Of a stretch of DNA of 64,000 nt, positions 1 through 10,000 are shown piece after piece. The notes beneath the pieces are model-generated. The model did not search any database. It was not told the DNA's origin and was given only the letters and a program-made list of their open reading frames with translations. Origin of the DNA: Chloroflexota bacterium (GTDB lineage Bacteria; Chloroflexota; Anaerolineae; UBA4142); contig JACRMI010000010.1 in assembly GCA_016215025.1 (NCBI GenBank), forward strand, positions 12,331-76,330. Direction: 5' to 3'. Made by a program: the position numbers and the translations under genes. Each line of letters begins with the position of its first letter. The stretch's first letter is position 1.

Positions 1-1368
1 TCTCTTGGCTTTTTCTAGTCCCTCTGCAATCTGCGCGTTGATCGCAGCGAGCGATTCAGTGCGCGGGTCTTCGGCGGTCACGACGATTTGATCTGCGAGT
101 TTTCCCGCAACTTGTCCCATCATCGCGCGCTTGGCCACATCGCGCAAACCCGCGCAGCCAAACACGACGATGACTCTGCCACGAGTAATTTCGCGCGCGG
201 TCTCCAATGCAACGCGGAGCGCATTCGGCGTGTGCGCGAAATCGACCATGACGCCGAATGGTTCACTTTGCATCGTCTGCATTCTGCCGACGACGCCTTT
301 AACCTTTGCTACGCCTTCGCGCATTGCGTCGAACGGTACGCGCCGCGCCATGCCCACCCCAATCGCTGCGAGAATGTTCGACACATTAAAGCGTCCGATC
401 ATGGAACTGGTAATTGGTAATTCGCCGTGCGGCGTCGCGACGGTAAAGCGCAGTCCGTTAATCGAGTGCTCAATGTTGCGAGCGATTGCAAATTCGTAAT
501 TAGAAATTGGACGCGAAGCGTGGAGATTGGAGATTGGACGCGCAGCGTGGAAGTTGGGATTTATGCTATAGACGATTTGTTGATCCGCAGGAATCTCTCG
601 CAAGTATTCAAACGCCCCGCGCTCATTATCGTCCGCGTTCAGCACGGCGACTTTAGCGGTACGCGGTTTGCGAAACGACGTGGCAAGCGAACGAAAAAGC
701 ATCGCCTTAGCGTCGCGATAATTCTCCCAGGTCTTGTGAAAGTACAAATGCTCGTGGGTGATGTTCGTAATCGCGGCAATATCGAACTCGACCGCATCAA
801 GCCGATGTTGCGCCAACCCTTCCGACGTCGCTTCGATCACGGCATACTGCACCCCGGCATCGACCATTTGCGCGAGGTAACGTTGAATCTCCGGCGCATC
901 GGGCGTTGTCGTGTGCAAACCGGTGTCGATGTGTTGATCGCCGATGGTTGCGGCAACAGTCGTGATCGTTCCGACTTTGTGCCCGGCCGTTGCTAGGATC
1001 GATGCGGCGAGCGTACAAGTCGTCGTCTTGCCATCCGTGCCCGTGATGCCAATCACGCGCAGCTTACGCGATGGAAAATCGTGCCAGGCGGCGACGAGAT
1101 GGGCGAGGGCAGAACGCGCGTCTGAAACGAGAATATGTGGGACAGAGTACGGGAGTGCGGGAGCGGTGTGAGAGACGATGGCAACTGCGCCGCGTTGAAT
1201 TGCATCAGAAATAAAGCGCGTGCCATCGACACTGACGCCGGGGTATGCGACGAACAACGCGCCGGGCGTAACCTGGCGCGAGTCGGCAGTGATTTGCGTG
1301 ATGTCTACATCGTGCGCGTTGTGGATTTGGTAGGTGGGCAGCGCGCGCAAGAGCGAGTCTAGTTTCAT
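1..1368 (-). CDS. murE: UDP-N-acetylmuramoyl-L-alanyl-D-glutamate--2,6-diaminopimelate ligase MurE (partial; C-terminus runs off the window start)
   Basis: Manual reverse-complement translation from the ATG at 1368 gives MKLDSLLRALP...RVIGITGTDGKTTTCTLAASIL...DAKAML..., i.e. the Mur-ligase P-loop GITGT(D/N)GKTTT. It is absent from the ORF track only because there is no stop codon inside the window. It overlaps the upstream gene by ATGA. Confidence 0.9.
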   Translation of the reverse strand, partial: MKLDSLLRALPTYQIHNAHDVDITQITADSRQVTPGALFVAYPGVSVDGTRFISDAIQRGAVAIVSHTAPALPYSVPHILVSDARSALAHLVAAWHDFPSRKLRVIGITGTDGKTTTCTLAASILATAGHKVGTITTVAATIGDQHIDTGLHTTTPDAPEIQRYLAQMVDAGVQYAVIEATSEGLAQHRLDAVEFDIAAITNITHEHLYFHKTWENYRDAKAMLFRSLATSFRKPRTAKVAVLNADDNERGAFEYLREIPADQQIVYSINPNFHAARPISNLHASRPISNYEFAIARNIEHSINGLRFTVATPHGELPITSSMIGRFNVSNILAAIGVGMARRVPFDAMREGVAKVKGVVGRMQTMQSEPFGVMVDFAHTPNALRVALETAREITRGRVIVVFGCAGLRDVAKRAMMGQVAGKLADQIVVTAEDPRTESLAAINAQIAEGLEKAKR

Positions 1369-3449
1369 TTTGGAATGTTTATTTCAGTCGGCTGAGGGGT
1401 CGGCTGCGGATGCCATTGCGTTGCCAGCGCACTCAACGAGCCATCGACCGGATTTCCATCGATGTCCACCAGACTGAATTCGCTCACGAGCAAGCGCAGT
1501 GGATCGTACGGATTCGGCGCTTTGGGATTTGGTTGATCGGGTCCGTAGACGTAGACAAAGCCACCAATCGACGAAACCTGCTGAACCGTGTTCCACATCA
1601 TCGCGTATTGCGCCGGGCGTTCGCTGCGCGCCATCCCAAACGGCGCAAACTCGCCAACGATGAGCGCGACCCCCAATCGCTCTTCTACGCTCTGCCGCGT
1701 GACGTGCAAAACCTGGGAGATGCCCTCCGGCTTGCCGTACGTGTTCGCCGCGAAAATGAAATACTTGCTGGGATCGACCGGGGGCGCAGGTTTTTGCACG
1801 CGCACGCGTCGAAGCGATTCCTCAAAATAAGGCACATACAAATCGCGCGGCTCTTTGACAATGCTGACGCGATTGGGATCGAGCGTGGACGCCAGCGTGG
1901 ACAGCTCCATCAAAAAGTCGGATGCCATTTGAAGTTTGTCCGGCGTGCGATGATTTTCGATCTCCATCCGATGGAGCAGTTCGTCGCCGCCTGGATTCCA
2001 ACCCCAAACCGCTGGTGAGTCTTTGTATTCCAACACAAACTTGCGAAATTGCTCTTTAAGCTGCTCGCGGTAATTTTTGTTTTCGAATGCGCCTTGGGCA
2101 TCCAACTCGAACGGCATAATCACGCCGATGCCATGGTGGTGCGCGATGTCTAGCGTGACGTGATCGTACACGCCCCAGCCGATGATGGCATTCACGCCGG
2201 CATTTTTCATGATCTGAAAATCACGTAGATGGAATTTGCGTTTCACCTCATCGGGCAGCGCCGTGTAGTTGACGTTATAGTTAATGCCTTTGAGGTAAAC
2301 GGGACGATCATTGACGACGAGCGAGAATTTGTTATTCGTTCTTTTCAATTCGACGATGCGCTGGCGGACCTGGGTCGGCGCGGGCGTTGCGGTGGCCGTG
2401 GGCGTGGGTAGAGGCGTTGGTGTAAGTGATGGCGTTGCCACAGTCACTTGCATCGATTTTGGCACCGTCGTCGGAGCGGACACTGTAACGGTTAGTATCG
2501 CAGTGGGTGTTGGCAGCTCCGGTGTGACCGCTTGCACTTGTGTGACAATCTGCGCGACCTTGACTCTCGGCGTGTAAAGCGTGGTGTCGGCGATCCCGAA
2601 AAATCGAGGTGAGACGAATGAAACGAGAAGCAATGGCGAGAGTGCGAGCGCGAGATTGGTTTTGCGCAGGACGCGCGCGGAGAATGATCGTTTGAGTCTT
2701 TCCGGTTGCTTGCTCAATCGAGATTGAATGCCGTCGAAAATTTTGCAAATCAACCACGCCGTGTCAATCGCCGCGAGCACCAACAGGGTTGGGATCAAGA
2801 GTGGCAGCGCTTGATCCATCAGCCAGTTGTAGCTTTGTTTATCGAGTTGCAGCCACAGCGAAAATCCCACGCCAATTCCGGTTTCGCGCAGACCCGCAAG
2901 CGCAGGCGACATCGTCAATCGAAATGCGATGCAGATGCCTTGCGCGGCGATAAATAATCCGACGATCACACTCAGCGTTTGTCGGATGGGCGCGGTCAGC
3001 AGCGCGTTGCGCAGCGGTTGTTTTTTTAGACTGAATCGAAAGAGGAGAAGACCGAAGACAATAACGATAAATTCGCTGACGGCTTGCGTTACGAAAAATC
3101 CCAGCACTGTGCTGTTCTCGCTGATGATGGAATTGATCCACCCTGAAAGTGAAATGACGCTGGCATCGACAAATAGTGCGGGGAAGAGCGAGTGCAAAAG
3201 CTGCCCCGGTATCCCTGCGACCGCAATTCCAATGGCGTCGATGCCACCCAGCGTTTCGACCATGATCTTGGCGTGGATAGGGCTGGCGAGAAATTGCTTG
3301 ACGATTTGATAGAGGAAATCGGCGTTCGCGATGGAGTTGACGAATGTTGCGACGGTGACGACGACAAGTTCGTGTATGAGTGCGAGGAAGGGTTGAATCA
3401 GGACAAACGCGATCAGAATTTTGATCGCGCGGTTCGATAATGCATTCAT
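1365..3449 (-). CDS. Polytopic membrane domain (about 7 TM) - Pro/Thr linker - glycoside-hydrolase-like (GH clan-A/GH5-like TIM barrel) domain
   Basis: 694-aa ORF. The N-terminal 330 aa are hydrophobic helices. A PT-rich linker (TPELPTPTAILTVTVSAPTTVP...TPTPLPTPTATATPAPT) follows. The C-terminal domain carries NAGVNAIIGWG, GWNPGGDEL and VGEFAPFG motifs, and is paralogous to 3655..5022. Confidence 0.6.
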   Translation of the reverse strand: MNALSNRAIKILIAFVLIQPFLALIHELVVVTVATFVNSIANADFLYQIVKQFLASPIHAKIMVETLGGIDAIGIAVAGIPGQLLHSLFPALFVDASVISLSGWINSIISENSTVLGFFVTQAVSEFIVIVFGLLLFRFSLKKQPLRNALLTAPIRQTLSVIVGLFIAAQGICIAFRLTMSPALAGLRETGIGVGFSLWLQLDKQSYNWLMDQALPLLIPTLLVLAAIDTAWLICKIFDGIQSRLSKQPERLKRSFSARVLRKTNLALALSPLLLVSFVSPRFFGIADTTLYTPRVKVAQIVTQVQAVTPELPTPTAILTVTVSAPTTVPKSMQVTVATPSLTPTPLPTPTATATPAPTQVRQRIVELKRTNNKFSLVVNDRPVYLKGINYNVNYTALPDEVKRKFHLRDFQIMKNAGVNAIIGWGVYDHVTLDIAHHHGIGVIMPFELDAQGAFENKNYREQLKEQFRKFVLEYKDSPAVWGWNPGGDELLHRMEIENHRTPDKLQMASDFLMELSTLASTLDPNRVSIVKEPRDLYVPYFEESLRRVRVQKPAPPVDPSKYFIFAANTYGKPEGISQVLHVTRQSVEERLGVALIVGEFAPFGMARSERPAQYAMMWNTVQQVSSIGGFVYVYGPDQPNPKAPNPYDPLRLLVSEFSLVDIDGNPVDGSLSALATQWHPQPTPQPTEINIPK

Positions 3450-3572
3450 GCGAGCTCTTTACAATTTCGTGATTAGGATGGTTTCGATTTTACCATGACC
3501 ACGCGATTGCGACAAATCCTTTGTTACCCTGAGACACTCATGCCCGCGAGGGCATGTTTACGGAAAGAAACT

Positions 3573-3641
3573 TGTCATTCTGAGCGCAGCGAAGAATCCC
3601 GTCCCGCGAAATGAGACCCTTCGCTTCGCTCAGGGTGACAC
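3573..3641. repeat. Hairpin repeat, GTCATTCTGAGCGCAGCGAAG...CTTCGCTTCGCTCAGGGTGACA family, copy 1
   Basis: Imperfect inverted repeat in the 3450-3654 intergenic gap. Related copies lie at 30925, 44614, 53284 and 53668. Confidence 0.85.
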
Positions 3642-3654
3642 TTTGTTTGACGAT

Positions 3655-5022
3655 TTAAGGATTGACAGTCGGCGTGGGCGTGGCAAATGCGTGCCACTTG
3701 GCGGCCAACGCCGCGAGTGAATCGTCGACCGGCACGCCGTTCATATCGAGGAGCGAATATTCGCTGGGCAAAAGTGTGAGTGGATCGTAGGGATTCGGGA
3801 CCTTGGGATTGGGCTGATCGGGACCAAACACATAGACCAAGCCGCCGATGGTTGAGTTGCGCGCGACGACATCCCAAATGTCGGCATAATCGATTGGGCG
3901 TTCCTCGCGCTGCGAATTGAACGGGCCAAATTCGCTGACCATCATCGCTAAACCCAGTTGTCCTGTCAACGTGAGTCGAGCGTTGCCCAATGCCAACTGA
4001 ATGTCATCCGTCCGACCGTAGACGTTGACGCCATAAACGAGCGACGAACTCACGTCGCGATAGTTCGGCTGGGTCTTGGCTTGATGCAACGACGTGTTGA
4101 GATATTTGATGTACCAATCGCGCGGCTCTTTGATAACGTTGATGTGGTTGGGGTCAAGCGCATACGCCATCTGCGCTAATTCAAATTCTAGATCACAGGC
4201 AACTTGCAATTTGTCAGCGGTTCTTCCTTCTTCGCCTCTCATTCGATACAATAATTCATCGCCGCCGGGATTCCACCCCCAGACGGCAGGGAAATCCTTA
4301 AAGCGCTTGACGTATTCGCGAAAATTCGATTTGATTTCGTTTCGATATGCCTCGCTTTCAAATGAGCCAGAAGGATCCAACTCAAACGGCATAATGACGC
4401 CGATGCCAAATTCTTGTGCGACTTGAAGAGTGATTTCATTATAGATACCCCAACCGATGATGGCATTGACGCCGGCGTCGCGCATGATTTTGAAATCGCG
4501 CCGCTGCATCTTGAACTGTATATCTTCTGGGAGATTGGTGTAGCTGACGTTGTAATTCATGCCCGTGATATACGTCGGGTGACCATTGACCATCAGCGTG
4601 AATTGATCGCCGTTACGTGCAACAGTCACGTGCGATGGTTTACTTGGCGGCGAAGAAGAGCCAAACGGTGATTGAGTTGGAGTCTCAAGTGGGATGCCCC
4701 GAATCGGCAGAATCGTCCGTGCGACGGTTGGGCGAACCGGCGTGACGCGCAATGGCGTGCGGGTAGGGCGCGGAGATCGGGTTGAAGATGGCGCAATGGT
4801 GTCGGTGCGGGTGACGGTCGATGTTAATTTGGAGGTGATTGTGCTAGTAACCGTGGCAATAGCAACTTGCGTTGGAGGAATTGGCGTGGTTCCGTTCGCA
4901 CGCGCACACGCCAGCGTCGAAAGTAAAATAAAAAAGGCAGGTACGAAGGAGAAACCAGCGATCAGACGTTTGAGCATGAAGAAATTGGTCATTCTCTTAT
5001 CCTGAGAATTATGTCGGCACAA
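3655..5022 (-). CDS. Secreted/membrane-anchored glycoside-hydrolase-like protein (paralog of the C-terminal domain of 1365..3449)
   Basis: N-terminal signal anchor (FSFVPAFFILLSTLACA), a Thr-rich linker, then GMNYNVSYTNLPED...NAGVNAIIGWGIY...GWNPGGDELL...VSEFGPFN, which aligns with the upstream paralog. Confidence 0.6.
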   Translation of the reverse strand: MCRHNSQDKRMTNFFMLKRLIAGFSFVPAFFILLSTLACARANGTTPIPPTQVAIATVTSTITSKLTSTVTRTDTIAPSSTRSPRPTRTPLRVTPVRPTVARTILPIRGIPLETPTQSPFGSSSPPSKPSHVTVARNGDQFTLMVNGHPTYITGMNYNVSYTNLPEDIQFKMQRRDFKIMRDAGVNAIIGWGIYNEITLQVAQEFGIGVIMPFELDPSGSFESEAYRNEIKSNFREYVKRFKDFPAVWGWNPGGDELLYRMRGEEGRTADKLQVACDLEFELAQMAYALDPNHINVIKEPRDWYIKYLNTSLHQAKTQPNYRDVSSSLVYGVNVYGRTDDIQLALGNARLTLTGQLGLAMMVSEFGPFNSQREERPIDYADIWDVVARNSTIGGLVYVFGPDQPNPKVPNPYDPLTLLPSEYSLLDMNGVPVDDSLAALAAKWHAFATPTPTVNP

Positions 5023-5090
5023 TCCGTGCCAGCAATCTCTTCGATGAGTTGCGCGATCACGTCGCTGTGGTCAGAACAATATTCGCTAAT

Positions 5091-5360
5091 TCAGGCTTGG
5101 GTTAGCTGCTTGCTCAACCACAAGTTGACGAGTGTTTCAGTGGATACGCCCATCGCGTGCGAACGCTTGACAAGCTCTTGCATTAGCGTTGGCTCGACGG
5201 CGACCAAATTCGTCCGGCTGCGAAGATCGACGTCGAAGTGAGCATCTTGGAATACATCGTCATAGTCCGCGATGCTATGAGTGTCCCAGAACTCTTGTAG
5301 TTCTTCGACGGATTTAAAGTTTTGTGGAATTGGATCACGACGTTTCTTATTTTTTGCCAT
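5091..5360 (-). CDS. BrnA-like (CopG/RHH-type) antitoxin
   Basis: 89 aa with EELQEFWDTHSIADYDDVF. It overlaps the upstream toxin gene by 14 bp, and the order is toxin first then antitoxin, as in brnTA. Confidence 0.55.
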   Translation of the reverse strand: MAKNKKRRDPIPQNFKSVEELQEFWDTHSIADYDDVFQDAHFDVDLRSRTNLVAVEPTLMQELVKRSHAMGVSTETLVNLWLSKQLTQA

Positions 5361-5631
5361 ACGTTCTACGCTCCTTGTTGTCCATATCTCTTCCGCTGAG
5401 TATCAGCGCTTCTCGATTCGGTTTATAGATAAACCATACGGCGATGTAACGCCCTTCATCAGTTTGACCTAAAGCTACATAAACATCTTCGCCACGATGT
5501 CGTCCGCGTTCAGCAAACTTGAATCGAGGTGAGTTAGCTAGCATTTGCTCAACTTCTACAGTGGCAAGATGATGTTTCCATGCTAACTTGTCTACTATGT
5601 CGGGTAGCCAAATGACTTTGTAAATCTTCAT
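5347..5631 (-). CDS. BrnT-like ribonuclease toxin (DUF497-like)
   Basis: 94 aa. The C-terminal ...ILSGRDMDNKERRTY resembles the conserved BrnT tail (ISAR.AtkkErk.Y). It is paired with a small RHH gene. Confidence 0.55.
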   Translation of the reverse strand: MKIYKVIWLPDIVDKLAWKHHLATVEVEQMLANSPRFKFAERGRHRGEDVYVALGQTDEGRYIAVWFIYKPNREALILSGRDMDNKERRTYGKK

Positions 5632-5670
5632 AGAGGTTACTCCAATTTCATTTTACCACGATTCATGCGC

Positions 5671-5704
5671 AAAAAAAAGGGCTTGGCAATTTATTACCAA
5701 GCCC
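5671..5704 (-). terminator. Rho-independent terminator after the ATPase gene (minus strand)
   Basis: Stem GGGCTTGG / CCAAGCCC followed on the minus strand by an 8-T run (the A8 at 5671-5678 on the plus strand). Confidence 0.55.
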
Positions 5705-5719
5705 CATTGTTCTTTGCTG

Positions 5720-7051
5720 TTACGATGGCTTTATCAGACTCTTGATAAAGCCAACTGCCGTTTTTATAACATCAGGCGGAATTTTGCTGGCGATGTCTTT
5801 AATCTTTGCGATTTCATCGCGCGTTAACGGTCCCAAGAATTCCATGCCTCTGACTGCATCGAAATCTTTGGTGCTCCGCAAACCTACAACGATATTTTCC
5901 ATTAGCCAGGTTACCACGCCTGCAGATGCGACACGCCAGTTCTCGTCGTTCCATGCAACTGCGTTCGGTGCTGTATCTGATTCAACTACGCCTAACTCGC
6001 GCAGGTGGCGCAGTTCAGGCGCAAAGCGATCTAGCTTGCCGAGTTGCTGCATATCAAATGAACGACCGTCAACATAGCCGCGATATTCTGCAAGCGCGAG
6101 AAGGAATAGCGCGCGTTTTTCATCATCGGTGAGGGATCGCCAAAAATCCGCAAAGTGCGCGGCGGCGCGTTGGTGGAAGATTGCGGTCGCGTTGATGTAA
6201 CGCTTGTCGCCAGCGTCACCATTTGCAATGGCATCATAGAGCGATGCGCCCGCAACCTGGACGAGAAACGGTTGCTTTCCTGCAAGCGAAAAGAGCCAGT
6301 CGTAATCTTCAGACGAAAAACGAATTTTGCCATTGTTGCGCGCCAGCGTCGTTTCAATCAGGTTTTGTGCATCTTCGCGCGCGAATGGGAGCAAACGAAC
6401 TTCAATACTATTGTTGAAGAACGGCGAGCCATAAGGATTGAGTTCTGCGCTTTTGCGATTCATTTGTGTAACTGACGATCGACTTGCGGTGATGACTGCC
6501 AAGCCGTCAGTGCGTGTGGCGAACGAACGGAGTGCGCCAAAGAATTCTGCATGGTTGAAATTAGGGTGATTGAGAAGTGAGTCAAATTCATCAATCAACA
6601 AGACAACGCGGCGTTCCTGTTTGGCGAGCAATTTGAACAATGCTTCAAGCGTGAAGGATCCGAAATTGTTTTCCGTGACGATCTTGCATTGCTTTTTAAT
6701 TGCATCATTAGCAGTTTCGAGAATTACGGTGAGAATTGTCTGCCAAAAATCGTTCGTAGTGAAAGTCGTGGACAGTATTTGGCAATCAATTTCAATACAC
6801 ACTTGTTGCTCGGAGATTTTACCCAGCCACTCACTCCGTGCGACTTCATCCGCGAGGTAGCGCAGAAGCGATGATTTGCCAATATGAGGCTCACCAACAA
6901 TCGCCGTGCTTTCGCCGTTAGCAAGGCGTGAGAAGAGCGTGCGAATTTCGATGCGGCGCCCGATGTGCTGGGCGGGCGGAACGGGTTTGCCATATAGGAA
7001 GGGATTGAGATTGGCCATATTACGACATATCCTTCGAGTTGCTCGTTTCAA
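5720..7051 (-). CDS. STAND/AAA-type P-loop ATPase (paralog 1), with a helical/winged-helix C-terminal extension
   Basis: NPFLYGKPV...FIGRR motif, Walker A GEPHIGKSS, Walker B VVLLIDEFD. It is paralogous to the N-terminus of 7083..11285 and to 25737..27068. Confidence 0.7.
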   Translation of the reverse strand: MKRATRRICRNMANLNPFLYGKPVPPAQHIGRRIEIRTLFSRLANGESTAIVGEPHIGKSSLLRYLADEVARSEWLGKISEQQVCIEIDCQILSTTFTTNDFWQTILTVILETANDAIKKQCKIVTENNFGSFTLEALFKLLAKQERRVVLLIDEFDSLLNHPNFNHAEFFGALRSFATRTDGLAVITASRSSVTQMNRKSAELNPYGSPFFNNSIEVRLLPFAREDAQNLIETTLARNNGKIRFSSEDYDWLFSLAGKQPFLVQVAGASLYDAIANGDAGDKRYINATAIFHQRAAAHFADFWRSLTDDEKRALFLLALAEYRGYVDGRSFDMQQLGKLDRFAPELRHLRELGVVESDTAPNAVAWNDENWRVASAGVVTWLMENIVVGLRSTKDFDAVRGMEFLGPLTRDEIAKIKDIASKIPPDVIKTAVGFIKSLIKPS

Positions 7052-7082
7052 GACTTTCAGCTATACGATACCCATTCTTTCG

Positions 7083-10000
7083 TTAAAGATCATCCTTCAG
7101 TTTTTGCTGCAAACAGGTCATTGCCATCGCCACGAGTGCAAATCCGCCAAGCAGGAACCAACGACTCACTAGGTGTAGAACGGTGTGTCCATAATTGATT
7201 GACAACTCTGTGGGTGGTATGGGCACTCCATTCACTCTCTCAAGAGTTTGCAGGTACCGCATATCTATGATTGAACCGAGCGCATCCATTGTCCAATTCG
7301 TGGTGGTTATCCAAGATAACGGCTGTGCAATTTTTGGCAAAACGAAGATTGCGCCAGCGAAAAGAATCTCGATGAACAATACGAGCAAGATTGCATAGAT
7401 TACAACATCCTCGCTACGCGCAAGCGAAGAGATAAGAAGCCCTAGTCCAACACTTGCCAACGTCGCCAACACAAGTGTGATGTATATCTCCAACGGCGCT
7501 GGTAAGAATACGCCTTTTTCTGGTAACGTCACTCTGAACCCGATTACAAGTAGGAAAAAAGTCGATTGGATCAAGCTGAAGAAAAATAGAACGCCAACCT
7601 TGGAAAAGATGTACGGCAGGACGCCGAGATTCACCATTCGCTCGCGTTTGTAGATGTGTTGTTCGCGCACGATTTCATAAGCCGACGCGAAAATTCCGAG
7701 GAATACGGGGACAAGACTGACGATGAAAAGTAGCTTTTGTGCATCACCAACCTTGGCATAGTTCGCCATCATGGCGATCACCGCGACGTTTTCGCCTACG
7801 AGATCATTTGGATTCGCGATAGCCAACACCAAAATGGCAATGAGCGGCATGAGTGCTAGCAAGATAAAGAGTGTTACACGGTCGCGCACGATCAATTCAA
7901 AATACCGTTGCGAAAGAACCCACCATTGCCAGAATGGCGACCCTCTTGCCCGGCTAGGCGAAGCGGCGTGTGGAGTGTGCGTTGCGAGGTTCACGTTTTG
8001 CAATGGCATAGCAATGAACTGCTGATAGTACGGCGATTGTTTGAATTGTTGTTCCCAGTATTGCGGAGATTGATCGGGATTGTTTGGGTCATTCAATCGC
8101 GCGAGTTCTGAGTATATATCAGAAAAATCACTTTTCCGAAAGAATGCTAGGGCTTCGTCCGGTGGTCCGTAGAAAACCAACCGCCCGTTTGCCATAAATG
8201 CAACCTTGTTACACCGATATATATTCTGCGTCGCGTGTGCTACGAGAATAATCGTGTGGCCACGATCCGCCAACTGTTGTAACATGTGCATCATTCTCTT
8301 TTCCAAGCTTGGGTCAAGTCCCGAGGTTGGTTCATCAAGAAAAAGTAGCAAGGGGGCTGCCAGAAGTTCGATTGCGATGCACACGCGCTTAAGTTGTCCG
8401 CCACTCAATCGCCCAACGAGTTGATGACGTTGGTGCTCGATTTCAGTGACTTGCATTACTTCCTGAATGCGCTGTTCGATCTGTGCGCTTAACCAGTCTG
8501 AAGGTAAACGCAATCTTGCGGCATAGCGCAAATTACTTTCTACTGTCAATCCATGGTAAATAATATCAGCTTGCGGCACAATACCGAGCATCGCACGATA
8601 GATTTCGTAGTCGTGATAAAAATCTGTGCCGTTGATGAGTACCATTCCGTCCGCGCGTGTGAAACCGCTCAGTGCGCTCATCAGTGTAGACTTGCCCGAA
8701 CCGCTCGCTCCGACGAGTGCGACAAATTCGCGTGGCTGAATGGACAGCGACACATCGTTCAATATTAATCGCGCGCCGCTCTTTGTTGGCTCACGGCGAA
8801 CAAGATGCAGTGCATCGAATCGTACATTACCGAGAATGTTGAACTGCGACAATCCCGCGCGATCGTACGTCAATTGAAAGGGACCGATCTGCACGACATC
8901 GTTCGGGCGCAAAACGTGTTGTTGTATGCACACGCCGTTTACGAATGTGCCATTCGTTGAATTGAGATCGGTGAGCGTGTGCATGTTGCCGTCGAAATCG
9001 ACACGCGCATGATGCCATGATACCATTGGCGCGTTAAGCGGTATCGTCGTGTTCGGGTCGCGACCAATCAGCGTGGTCGGCGCAGAAAGATTCATGCGCA
9101 TCATTGCGACGGTTGATGCCGCACCTGTATCGACATAAGTGAGGCTGACCGAATTGCCGAACGCATCGCCAATACGGATCACGTCGTTGTGATTCAAGAG
9201 ATGATTGTTGACTCGTTGACCGTTCAGTAACAAACCGTTCGTACTAACGAGATCAACGATGCGATAACTCGCGCCGACACGTTCAAGTCGCGCGTGGTTC
9301 GCCGATACGAACAGATGATTAATGACGATGTCGTTCGTCGGTGAGCGCCCCAGGGAGTAAACCAGCTTGTCGAGAGGCACTTCAATTGGGCCTTTCCCGG
9401 CGATATGGATGACCAACTTACGTGCGCTCGTGGTCGTTTGTGGGGCAGTATGCTGTCTGATTGTAGATGGATTGAGAATCAGAGTTGCCCTTGTTAGCAA
9501 TTCAGACGCATCTTTGTAATGAGGACGAATTTCTATCACATCGGTGAATGCCCTTTGTGCCTCAGCCCACTGACCTTGTTTGAAAGCTTCCAGTCCCTCT
9601 ACATATCGGCCTGCAATTTCTCTACCTTGTTCTGCTTTTGTAAGGGCGTCTTTCAAGGTTTCGTTCTCAGAATCTTGGTGCATCAGCTGCTTTATTAATT
9701 CAATGGCATCATCCCATCTTTCCTGATATAGCAAGTCATATGCCGAGTCTATTTGTTGTCCAGATCGGAGTTCCTCTTGCAGGAGTGTGGCTTTTTCGTT
9801 TGCTCTCATGTTGCCCGGAGAAATTTCCAGTATACGAGAATAATCTTTGAGGGCGGCGTCGGTCTGATACCCTTTCTCCAATGAACTGGCTCTGTTGAAT
9901 AGCGTTTCCTCAAGTAGCTGTTTTCCTTCTTCTCGGTCTATCTCATATAAGGTTTCAAACTCGCGTATCGCATCATCAAACCTATCTTGTGCGCGATAAA

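Noticed and set aside
88-1362. Several plus-strand ORFs (88..420, 131..499, 427..996, 944..1171, 1135..1362)
   Set aside because: They lie antisense to murE. Manual translation of the minus strand gives an uninterrupted Mur ligase with the GITGTDGKTTT P-loop.
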